Positions 12,701-21,654 of a DNA stretch of 32,205 nucleotides are shown piece by piece. The stretch's first letter is position 1. The number at the start of each line of letters is the position of its first letter. The position numbers and the translations under genes were made by a program. Source of the DNA: Callorhinchus milii. Lineage: Eukaryota. The DNA lies in contig NW_024705601.1 in the NCBI RefSeq assembly GCF_018977255.1, forward strand, positions 1 to 32,205. The letters are read 5' to 3'. Under the pieces are notes generated by a model. The model saw nothing but the letters and a program-made list of their open reading frames with translations. It was not told the origin of the DNA and did not search any database.

Positions 12701-14995
12701 TATTTATTCCGACTAAAAACGTCGGAAAATTCCCGCAGTAGTGTTTTAAGTTGTTGACGCTCTGAATCTGACAGGTCCGTCGATCCCGCACAAAGCGCCT
12801 CGAGCCACCCTTCATCGCTGTCCGAATGCGGTCGCGGCGCAGGGACAACGCTGACGTGATTTGCGACGGGTTCCTCACATGGCACCGGCGTTGCGTGAGC
12901 AAGCACGGTCCCCTGTGGGACCACCACCGTCTGCGAGCCCACATTGAGGACCGCGATGAAGGGTTCACCGTCCCCTCTTACTATGGTCTGGGCCGGAAGT
13001 AAATGAGGTCCACTAACCCCGGCCCTAGACGGCCCCAGCAGAACCCCTTGGGCCCCAACACCCTTAGCGAAGGGCCGCCGAAGTTTCAAGGGAATCAACA
13101 TTTGCGCCCCCGGAGGGACGCGCACCGTTCTCTCTACGAATGCCGGCACCGTCGCGAACGCCGTCCGAGTCGTAACAGGCGATGGCAGAAACGCCATGCG
13201 TCTGCCCGACGGGAGCTCAATACATCCCTGGTCGATCAATATCCTAATCGGCATTTTGGCCAGGAAGTCCGTCCCCAGCAGGCACGGAACCGCCAGCGAG
13301 GAGGAAACAAAAATCGGCCCAGACAATTTAATTTCCCCAATACAAATTTGGGCACGAATTTGTCCGATGATGCCAAGTGAGCCCCCGTTAGCCGCATAGA
13401 ATGGTACGTTAACAGGCATCAAAGGACGACTCCGGACAGGGAGAATATTGTAAATCAACTCCGAAATAATGGTCGCCGATGCTCCCGTATCGACCAGGAT
13501 GCGCACTTCAACCCCGTCGATGTGCCCCACAACGGCCGACGACCCCGACGATGCGGCTACCACACGATCGGCCAGCACGGACCACTGGCCGGGTTCGATA
13601 TGAGTACCCGGGGTGGTGCGTGATGGTGCGATGGTGCGCGATATCGGCCCCCCTCTCGTTGCGGTGTTTGAGTGCGTGACGGGTGTGTGCGTGGGCCAAA
13701 CATGTGGGGTGCCGCGACTCGCCGGGTTATGATGGTGGAGCTTGTGATGAGGCCCGTCGTCCCGTTGAGGTGTCGTCCCGCGCTGTCGAGGAGCGCGGCA
13801 CCCCGAGGCGACGTGGCCCCGGACGCCGCAGTTGAAACACCGCGGGAGCGCCGTTGGAGGAGACGGATGGTTGAAACGGCCCGGCCCGTCCCGGCCCGAC
13901 CGTGCTCCTGTCGCCTGTTGCGGTCGGTGGTCGACGGCGTAGAGCTCCTCCGTCGGAATGGTGGCTGCAGCCACCGCACGCCCCGCCGATGCCCTGCTGG
14001 CTTTCCGCCGCAGTGACAGGAGGTTGGCGTGGAGGAGCCGCGCCGCCTGGAGCGATGTCATCTCTCGTCCTCCCGGGCGACGACCGCGATGTCAAGGTCG
14101 TCTGCCAGGAGGAGGATCTTCTCCGTGACCATCGCGTCCACGCCGTCGTCGTCCATACGAGGGAAGGCCGACTTAGCCATCGCCAGGAGGCTCGTCCGAT
14201 ATGCTAGGGGCGACTCCTTCTCACCCCGCTTGCGGTCGTAAAATTGCTGTCGGCATTCAGCCGATGGTCCATAGACCCCGCCCAGCAGCTGTAGTGCCAT
14301 CGGTAACGTAGACCGCTTCTCTCTCGGCGCCGATGTGAGGGCGGCGAGCGCGTCGCCGTCGAGGAGCGCCGGCAGCGCGCAGAGAGCCTCCTCATCGGAC
14401 CATTTCGCCATCTCCTGATGGGCGAGGAAACGTCGGCGAAAACCGGCCCAGTCCCCTCCGCGCCGATGAACTCCTTCAGCGGGGGCAGTCTCTGATGAAG
14501 CGCAGCGGTCGTTGTGGACTCCCGCAGGCTGATGTCACCACCACTCGGCTGTGCGTCGGTGCGAACGGCCGATGGGATCGCCTGTCGCGCTTGTGATGAC
14601 GTTGCAGCTTCAGCGACGGCGATGTCGGAGCAGATGTCTAGGCTGGCCACGCCCCGAACAGCTGTAGCGTCGATGGCGGGAATTTCAAATTCGGACTGCT
14701 CCGAAATGGCGGGAAGGCGCCCTGGTCGTTGGCTCGCCTCGCCCCGTGTTGGATCACCGGCCCCTAGTCGCGTGATGGTCTCCAGCGTGGCGGCAGCGGC
14801 ATACAGCAGCTCCGCCAGCCTCCCGTGAGCCAGCCGTAACGCGTCTGGCTGCGGCCCCTCTTCATTTCGATGCCCCGGTAAGGAGGCGTCAGGCCCCGGC
14901 TGCACCTTGTCTTGTGGAGCCGTCTCGGGCTCGACGATCTCGGCAGTGTCTTCCTCCTGCGGTACTTTGGCCCGCGCTGTTTTCCGCGTGTCCAT
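9732..14995 (-). pseudogene. Gypsy A gag-pol polyprotein, split by four -1 frameshifts (about 1755 aa if restored)
   Basis: ORF pieces 14204-14995, 14058-14411, 11161-14061, 10967-11233 (part) and 9732-11144 are collinear with the copy B polyprotein. Motifs: CCHC knuckle CFNCGVRGHVASGC, protease LVDTGAS, RT YLDD, RNase H DTDAS, integrase H..H/C..C, LDILGP/TDQG/VER and WRGP. Confidence 0.93.
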
Positions 14996-15004
14996 GTTCG
15001 AATT

Positions 15005-15017
15005 ACTTCTGACACCA
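15005..15017 (-). promoter_or_regulatory. Primer binding site of Gypsy A, tRNA-Leu type
   Basis: Minus strand TGGTGTCAGAAGT lies 2 nt after the LTR-terminal CA. It is complementary to the ACTTCTGACACCA 3' end typical of vertebrate tRNA-Leu(CAA). Confidence 0.85.
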
Positions 15018-15019
15018 GT

Positions 15020-15607
15020 TGAAGTACCGGTGAAGACGCTTGACGCCGAGGTTGAGGCACACGTATATTTATTTCACAATACGACAGTGGGCATATACAC
15101 ACTCGAGGGGGTATCGGCCCCCTCACCCGTATAACTCGGGATACACCCCTAGCTAACTCTGTCCTAGCCCCGAATCCTCCACTAATGGGCTAGGGGAGGC
15201 TAACTGGCCCGACACTGGTAAGTCGGGCCCGGTACCCGGAGTTCCAGACCAGCTCTTACAAGAGCACCGGCTCTGGCTTTCGGGACCACGCCGCTGGCTC
15301 AGTCCTGTCCGGCCCTGAAAAGGACATCGAACTAGGGGAGTCCAGGGCTCTATCTAAGACGTCTTCAGTCTTCTTCCCTTAGCTTAAACATAACTGACTC
15401 GAGCCCTTTGAACATCCCCTTTTATACCCAACCCCTCCCTGAGGGGTGGGGCCCCGGGGGATCATAACGTTCGAACCAGCCCCCCCCAGGGTGTCTGGCT
15501 CGGACGTCGTAGAGGGCACCTCCTCGTGCACTTACGTAGCCCCGCCCACTGTGTTTGTTTTCCATAGGCTGCCATGCATAACGGGCCCTCTCTTTAACAC
15601 CCCTACA
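15020..15607 (-). repeat. 5' LTR of Gypsy A (588 bp)
   Basis: Minus strand TGTAG...CTTCA termini. TATAAAA at 15426-15420, TCAGTT Inr at 15397-15392 and AATAAA at 15073-15068. Confidence 0.93.
15392..15426 (-). promoter_or_regulatory. LTR core promoter (TATA box plus initiator)
   Basis: TATAAAAGGGG begins at 15426 and TCAGTT has its A at 15395, 31 nt downstream, which is canonical spacing. A GC box (CCCCGCCC) lies upstream near 15540. Copy B has GATAAAA at the equivalent position. Confidence 0.65.
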
Positions 15608-15673
15608 TCTGTATATTTGGAGTTTGCATCTTCTCTCGTGGTCACGTCGATTTTCCTCTGATTCTTCGGGTTT
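15608..15673 (+). mobile_element. Degenerate V-SINE-like central domain fragment
   Basis: TGGAGTTTGCATCTTCTCTCGTGGTCACGTCGATTTTCCTCTG resembles, from recall, the V-domain consensus TGGAGTTTGCATGTTCTCCCCGTG...GGGTTTCCTCCGG of fish and lamprey SINEs. Confidence 0.55.
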
Positions 15674-15837
15674 GTTTAACACGTAGACTTTCGCGACCAA
15701 TATCATACATAATAGAGGTTTCTTTTTTTTTAGATTTGAAGCTTTCGTGACTGCAAGGATTCATATTCTTAGGTTTTTTTCAGTAAAGTCACGTAGGTAA
15801 AACATTAAAATTAATAAAAGTAAAATAAAATAAAAAT

Positions 15838-15878
15838 CACGACGTTTCGGAGGCAACACAAGCTTCCGTCTTCAGGTG
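15838..15878 (-). ncRNA. Minimal type I hammerhead ribozyme in the Penelope pLTR
   Basis: Minus strand CAC-CUGAAGA-C-GGAAGC-uuguguu-GCCUCC-GAAA-CGUC-GUG. It has conserved CUGANGA and GAAA boxes, stem II, a palindromic ACGU stem III, a GUC cleavage triplet and a CAC/GUG stem I. Confidence 0.8.
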
Positions 15879-16139
15879 GAACCGTCACAGCCACGACAGC
15901 TGTATCAAGTAAATGAGAGATTGCAGGAGCTACCACTCCGTTTTTATAATGGTTGGAGAGGGGGGGGAGGGCCAAGTACAGCACACTTTTTATTAATATG
16001 GTAAGGTGAGGCTTAAGAGGGTGAGCCTTTGTTATGGAGAGGTACGGTTTGTGACTCAACCTGTGACAAGGAGACAACAACTAAACATGGTAAACCTGTA
16101 ATAGTTGTCTGTCAAATAAGATTGGCCAAATAAGTGTAG

Positions 16140-17590
16140 TTAAATCTTTTTTGCATGGTTAATCACATCTTTCCAATGATTACTCAGTTTGTAACCATCA
16201 TCACGGTTGAAATTATGTCTGTGTTTGTATATTTGTATGGCTTCGTGTACAAACCTTTGATGGTAGCCAGGAGGTTTGCAGAGAACCTTGGTCTCGGAAA
16301 AGACAATTTCATGAGAGCCCACCGAGTTGTAGCAATGATCGGCAACGGCCGAAGAATCAGTTCTGCCGTGTTTCAGATCTGACTTGTGCTCGCGGACACG
16401 ATCAGAAACATGACGTTTCGTTTCTCCAATGTAGCAATCACCACAAATGCAACTCAATTTGTAGACTCCAGGATACTGTAAGTCAGGAACGACATCCTTC
16501 ACAGATGGAATCAGATCACGGATTTTATGCACTGTACTGAATCGGACTTGGATCTTATGTTTGTTTAGAATTTTGGAGATCTTTTTGGTCACGCATGCTA
16601 TGTATGGTAACGTGATAGTTTTGGTCGGAGTTTCATGTGGCTGTTTCTGTGTGGTGGGAGAAACAGCTTGGCAGATAATGCGGTCAGAGTATCCGTTCAT
16701 CCTGAGGGCCCGATGTACATGTCTTAATTCACCGGCCAGGTGGTGTTGGTCAGAAATGCCATGGGCTCTGTGGTATAGCGTTTTGATGAGAGAATTCTTT
16801 TGAAATGGGTGGTGGGGCGAATCCGGTTTCAAGTAGGAATCTGTGTGGGTGGCTTTCCTGTAGACAGAATGTCCCAAGGATCCGTCAGGCCTCCTCTCAA
16901 ACAGAATATCCAAGAATGGTAGTTTACCGTCTTTCTCCACTTCCATGGTGAATCTGATGGATGGGTGTCTAGAATTGATGTGGTCCAAGAAGTGGTTCAA
17001 TGCTGGGAGGCCATGTGGCCAGATGACGAAAGTGTCATCCACATACCTCTTCCACAGGGAAGGACGCAGGGTGGATGTCTGGATGGCGTCTGATTCAAAC
17101 TTTCCATGAACTTGTTGGCTATAACTGGTGACAAGGGGGAGCCCATAGGGGTACCCTCATTCTGTTTGTAGAAGGTGCCATTCCAGGTAAAATAGGTGTT
17201 GGTGAGGCAATGCCTAACCAGCGCAGGTACATCAGAATTCAATCCATGTTGGACTAAGTCCTCAATTATTGTTAGGGTGTCCGGTACTGGGACTTTGGTG
17301 AACAAAGATACTACATCAAAGCTGACGAGGATATCATCAGGAGATAGTACCATGTCCTTAACTATAGAGACTAATTGGGTTGAGTTGAGTACTGCCGAAG
17401 AGGTCTTGCCTGTGAAGGGGAGCAGAGTATCTGATAGAAAACGGGCTAGTTTGTACGTAGGAGAGTTTATCATCGACACGATGGGTAGTAGCGGCGTGCC
17501 TTCTTTATGGATTTTGGGAAGACCATAGAGTCTGGGAGGTCTAGCCGCCGATGGTTTTAGAGAGGGACGTTTGCTTGGTTCGATTAGGGA
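16140..17590 (-). pseudogene. Penelope RT + GIY-YIG endonuclease (5'-truncated, one frameshift near 17100)
   Basis: Motifs LYGLPKIHK, SFDVVSLFT, GTPMGSPLSPVIAN, RYVDDTF, LPFLD, VYRKATHT and GVYKLSCICGDCYIGET. ORFs 16997-17632 and 16140-17042 join if one base is restored. Confidence 0.92.
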
Positions 17591-17615
17591 AGTCACACAA
17601 CCCGTGGGTAGGCGA

Positions 17616-17628
17616 TGCCCTCTGGTGG
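17616..17628 (-). promoter_or_regulatory. CTCF-like motif
   Basis: Minus strand CCACCAGAGGGCA matches the CTCF core consensus CCASYAGRKGGCR. Motif match only. Confidence 0.3.
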
Positions 17629-17704
17629 ACAAGGCGCGGTACAGGCGGCAGCACGAGACGCCAGCAGCGTTGCGCTGCCAGGGTTACTCACCCGAACACC
17701 TCCG
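17621..17704 (-). repeat. 84-bp GC-rich segment (putative exon end, splice donor and intron start), inverted copy at 31794-31877
   Basis: Identical by eye to the reverse complement of 31794-31877. Contains CGG|GTGAGT on the minus strand, with the donor at 17691-17686. Confidence 0.9.
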
Positions 17705-17705
17705 T

Positions 17706-17796
17706 ACACTTACACACCTACACACACCTCTATACACTTACACACACCTACACACACACCTCTACACACTTACACACCTACACACACACACCTATA
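17706..17796. repeat. CA/TG-rich 10-bp-unit minisatellite, segment 1
   Basis: Units such as CTCTATACAC, CTACACACAC and TTACACACAC. Confidence 0.9.
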
Positions 17797-19780
17797 CAAC
17801 AACAACCGCCATTCGCCACTAAGTGGCGGTGACGTCACCACGACGCTTGTGCCAGGCCAAGTGCACCTTGAGGCCACGTGAAGTGTCGAACGCCCGCTGG
17901 CAGGAGGTCACGGGGCAGACCCAGCAGGTGCCACGGGTCGACTGACCGAGATGACCGAGATGACTGGGTGATGCACCACCTGTGCCCCCTACCGTACCAA
18001 CTTGCTGTGCTTTAGCCACCCGGCGCTCCGCTCGTTGTTCTGAGCGTCGCTCCTCCGCCCTCCGTTGTTGTTGGAGGGCGACTGCCTCCAACTGCCCAGT
18101 AGCGTCCTTCACGAGCCTCCTCCACTGAGGCCGATCTTGACACTGCTGGTACCAGTCATCGGCAAGTCCACTCAGCTCCACGTCCTCCTGTACCACATCA
18201 CTCCATCTCTTCTCTAGCCCGTGCCGCGCCCGTTTAGCCCCCTCGATCCGGCCGAACAAAAGCTGTTTAGGCATGCGGTAGCTGGGCATGCGGGCTACAT
18301 GACCCAGCCAACGCAGCCTTGCCTGCCGGAGGAGCTCACCGATGGGACTTTGCCCAGATCTTTCAAGGATTTGTGAGCTCACACAATCCAGCCTTGTTAA
18401 ACCCAGGATGGATCTTAGGCAGGCCAGCCTAAATGTTTCCCACCGGTGAAGATGCTCCATTAGGGGGGTCCACGTTTCGCAAGCGTAGAGAAGGGAGGGA
18501 ATGACCGTGGCCGAGAAGACCTAAAGCTTCGTGCGGAGCTACAGATCAGGTAGCTTCCACACAGCGTTACGCAACCGATGAAAAGATAATGCCGCTCGAC
18601 TGATTAGGAGTGAGACCTTGGCTGATAAACTGGAGCCGGTCATAAGCACACTGCCCAGGTATGAGAAACTCCACTCTCTCCACAACTGCCCCATCACCGA
18701 TTGGGAGTTGTGGGGGTGGAGTGTCCGATGGTACAAAATACCCAGGCAGGTGCTTAGTTTTGGTGGGGCTGATGGTAAGGCCCCACCTCTTAGTGGCACG
18801 CTCCAGTCTCAGCAGCAGCGTCTCGAACTCCTCTTCTGAATGAGCAGCTATTACCAAATCATCGGCATACATAACGTGGTTGACCAATAGGGAGCCATCC
18901 CTTGATCGCACCCGGGCGTCGATCAGCCTCCCATTATATCTGTACCAAATGGAAATGCCCCCGGTACAGCTATTGAAGGCTTCACGAACTACGCAGTCGA
19001 AATAGATGTTAAATAATGTGGGAGCCAGAGGACATCCCTGTCGCACCCCAAGGTGTACAGGGAAAGGCTCCGACTCCCGGCCACGTAGTTTTACCCGGGC
19101 CCGCTCACCATCATGAAGGTCCTTAATGATCGTGAGCAGAGGGTCAGGGACTCCGAAAGCACGAAGAACAACCCAGAGCCCAGGCCTACTGATGGTATCA
19201 TAGGCCTTGACCAGGTCAATAAAGCAGAGATGAAGGTCTTGTTGGAATTCCCTACACCTCTGCTGTAGCAGATGGACAGAAAATATGGCATCTGTACAGG
19301 ACCGCCCTTTCTTGAAACCGCATTGGGGTTCCGCAAGCCTCTCCTCAGCGTGCCTAGCAAGGCGATGTTGAATAATCCTTGCCAGGACCTTTCCCGGCAC
19401 ACTGAGGAGTGAGATGCCACTGTAGTTGTTACAGTCTGTGTGGTCCCCCTTCTTAAAGAGGGGGACCACCAGGGCATCCTTCCAATCCTGCTGTACCCGT
19501 CCAGCGGTCCAGACTGTTGTTATGATGTCATATAAGGCAATCTGTGCACAAGCGCCACCCTCCCTCAGCATTTCGCTTGGGAGATCATCTCTGCCCGGTG
19601 CCTTTCCTGGTCTCAGACTCCGGATCGCCTTCAGTACTTCCTCAACAGATGGCACCTCAGCCAGCCACTCACAGGGGGTGACTTCCTCCAATATTTGAGG
19701 CACCGCAGCCTCAGCAGGGTTATCCCCACTTTGTGCCATGATGTTTTCCTGGCTGAGAGATTTTCCCTCCCCCAGGACCT
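17797..19780 (-). mobile_element. RTE-clade LINE, 5'-truncated, with (TTG)3 tail
   Basis: RT domain and C-terminus, very short 3' UTR and tail TTGTTGTTG (17805-17797). Flanked by a possible 14-bp TSD, CACACACACCTATA (17783-17796) and CACACATACCTATA (19781-19794), inside the minisatellite. Confidence 0.9.
17819..19780 (-). pseudogene. RTE reverse transcriptase with C-terminal C2H2 finger, decayed
   Basis: Motifs KAPGRD, FKKGD..CNNYSGISLL, FIDLVKAYD, GVRQGCPLAP, YADDL, RLRWLGHVARM and CPVTSC..HLAWH. Frameshift near 18670 and in-frame TAG stops at 18541-18539 and 18523-18521. Confidence 0.9.
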
Positions 19781-19872
19781 CACACATACCTATATACACT
19801 TACACACACACCTCTATACACTTACACACACACCTCTACACACACCCTCTATACACACCTCTATACACTTAC
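19781..19872. repeat. CA/TG-rich minisatellite, segment 2
   Basis: Same CTCTATACAC/TTACACACAC units resume at the RTE 5' truncation point. Confidence 0.88.
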
Positions 19873-20166
19873 AAAGAACCCCCGTATAGCCTTTAACAGA
19901 CTGTTGGGGCAAGTGCTGTTAGCGAGCACCTATGAAGGCCGGAACGGTACACGAGGGGTGGGTGGCCAGCACCACGCCCGACCGCCTTTGTCTCCCTAGT
20001 GACAATGTTTACACACCGCACCAGGTACTCATTTGAGGCTGAGTCGACCTAGGGGAGGCCCGGGACCAGTTCAGATAATCGTCACTGGTGTTGGCCTTGA
20101 GCGGGAATCGAACTCGTGTCGCCGGGTTCATAGCGCAGCGCGCTAACCGCTGCACTATCGCTCCCC
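19873..20166 (-). mobile_element. tRNA-derived SINE with Deu/Nin-like central domain, copy 1
   Basis: Minus strand head GGGGAGCG with A box TAGTGCAGCGG and B box GTTCGATTC. Central GGTCGACTCAGCCTCAAATGAGTACCTGG and a TCTTTG tail. The family label is from recall. Confidence 0.85.
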
Positions 20167-20242
20167 ACTACACACACTACACACACTCTACACACACACC
20201 TCTACACACTTACACACCTCTACACACCTCTATATACTTACA
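20167..20242. repeat. CA/TG-rich minisatellite, segment 3
   Basis: Same units between the two SINEs. Confidence 0.85.
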
Positions 20243-20543
20243 CAAAGACAAAGATCCCCCGTATAGCCTGAACAGACTGTAGGGGCAAGTGCTGTTAGCG
20301 AGCACCTATGAAGGCCGGAACGGTACACGAGGGGGTGGGTGGCCAGCACCACGCCCGACCGCCTTTGTCTCCCTAGTGGCGATGTTTACACACCGCACCA
20401 GGTACTCATTTAAGGCTGAGTCGACCTAGGGGAGGCCCAGGACCGGTTCAGATAATCGTCACTGGTGTTAGCCGTGAGCGGGAATCGAACCCGGGTCGCC
20501 AGGTTCATAGCGCAGCGCGCTAACCGCTACACTACCGCTCCCC
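20243..20543 (-). mobile_element. tRNA-derived SINE, copy 2
   Basis: Collinear with copy 1 with scattered differences. A box TAGTGTAGCGG, B box GGTTCGATTCC, tail (TCTTTG)2. The head ends TCACGGC, which is tRNA-His-like. Confidence 0.85.
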
Positions 20544-20677
20544 ACACACACCTACACACACCCACCTCTATACACCTACACACACACACCTCTATACACT
20601 TACACACACCTACACACACCTCTATACATCTAAACACCTACACACACACCTCTATACCCTTACTCACACCTACACAC
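20544..20677. repeat. CA/TG-rich minisatellite, segment 4
   Basis: Same units, ending at unique GC-rich sequence at 20678. Confidence 0.88.
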
Positions 20678-20809
20678 AGGAGGAGGTGGTAGTGCAGGAA
20701 CGAAAGGGCCTGGCTCGTGTGGCGAACGCGATCCGTGCGCTCCTCCGCAGCATGATGCTGTTTTGTTGCGACCGGTCGACCGCACAGTTGGGGTGATGGA
20801 GGTGGTGAT

Positions 20810-21263
20810 ACACACCACATACACCACAAACACCACACACCACTCGCACCACTCACACCACACACACCACACACACCACTCACACCACACACACCACTCA
20901 CACCACACACACCACACAAACCACACAAACCACTCACACCACACACACCACTCACACCACACACACCACTCACACCACACGCACCACACGCACCACACGC
21001 ACCACTCACACCACACACACCACACACACTACACACACCACTCACACCACACACACGACACACACCACTCATACCACACACACCACTCACACCACACACC
21101 CCACTCACACCACACACACCACTCACACCACACACACCACACACACCACACACACCACACACACCACTCACACACCGCACACACACCACACACACCACAC
21201 ACACACCACACACACCACACACACCACACACACCACACACCACACACACCACACACACCACAC
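20810..21263. repeat. CAC-rich simple repeat, 9-bp units (CACACCACA/CACACCACT)
   Basis: Direct reading. Explains the HHT/CGV/WCV repeat ORFs. Confidence 0.92.
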
Positions 21264-21654
21264 GGTTCCCAGGAAATACGGTGCCACTGGGACCGCAGCC
21301 CGGGAAGGAAACTGAGCAGCAGATGCCAGGACTGGACTGGACAATGACTGCTGCCAACAGACTAACTCTGTTCAGAGATAGGATCAATCCAATGTATTAT
21401 GTAATACGTATCATTGTTATTTTTATTATTAACGTCATGACATGAACTTATGAGGAAACAATGTAACTTTGCATTGCTTGTGAGTGCTGCCTGGGTTTGT
21501 TAAATGTGCCTTGGCTCGTGTGCAGTGTCCCGGCTGTGTGTGCGGCGGTACAATGACAACTATGTCATGAGAGAAGTTTCAGGCAATGGCCCTTCTTCAG
21601 AACGTGTACAGGCAGTGGTGGGAAAAGATAAGCAGGCGATTCGTCTGACACAAC

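Larger units (their letters stand above)
9042..15607 (-). mobile_element. Ty3/Gypsy LTR retrotransposon, copy A (3' LTR truncated at the 9042 junction)
   Basis: Direct repeats 9042-9325 and 15324-15607 (offset 6282). PBS next to the 5' LTR and PPT next to the 3' LTR. gag-PR-RT-RNaseH-IN domain order. Confidence 0.96.
15723..17595 (-). mobile_element. Penelope-like retroelement (PLE), 5'-truncated, with 3' pseudo-LTR region
   Basis: PLE-type RT and GIY-YIG endonuclease, then a non-coding tail with a hammerhead motif, a T-rich tract and an end GCAGTCACGAAAGCTTCAAATCT-A9. Boundaries are approximate. Confidence 0.92.
17692..20753 (-). pseudogene. Putative first coding exon (mitochondrial-presequence-like) split by a minisatellite with nested TEs
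   Basis: ATG at 20753 has A at -3. Joining 20753-20674 to 17705-17692 gives [31 protein letters not shown]+G, then GTGAGT. The peptide has 8 Arg and no acidic residues. Confidence 0.45.

Noticed and set aside
10723..14828. Plus-strand ORFs antisense to gag-pol (also 25256-30068)
   Set aside because: They are shadow ORFs of GC-rich coding sequence; their similarity between A and B follows from the sense-strand conservation.
15340..15368. CUGAAGA on the minus strand of the Gypsy A LTR
   Set aside because: No downstream stem II or GAAA, and it is not conserved in copy B.
17621..17704. Helitron 5' end (TC start) for the 84-bp segment
   Set aside because: Only one copy has the A|TC junction, and no matching 3' hairpin plus CTRR end was found.
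20090..20543. tRNA genes at the SINE heads
   Set aside because: The acceptor and anticodon stems do not pair and the sequence continues into a SINE body, so these are tRNA-derived only.
20638..21387. CGV/WCV/HHT repeat ORFs resembling keratin-associated or His-rich proteins
   Set aside because: They are translations of a 9-bp simple repeat that is open in several frames.
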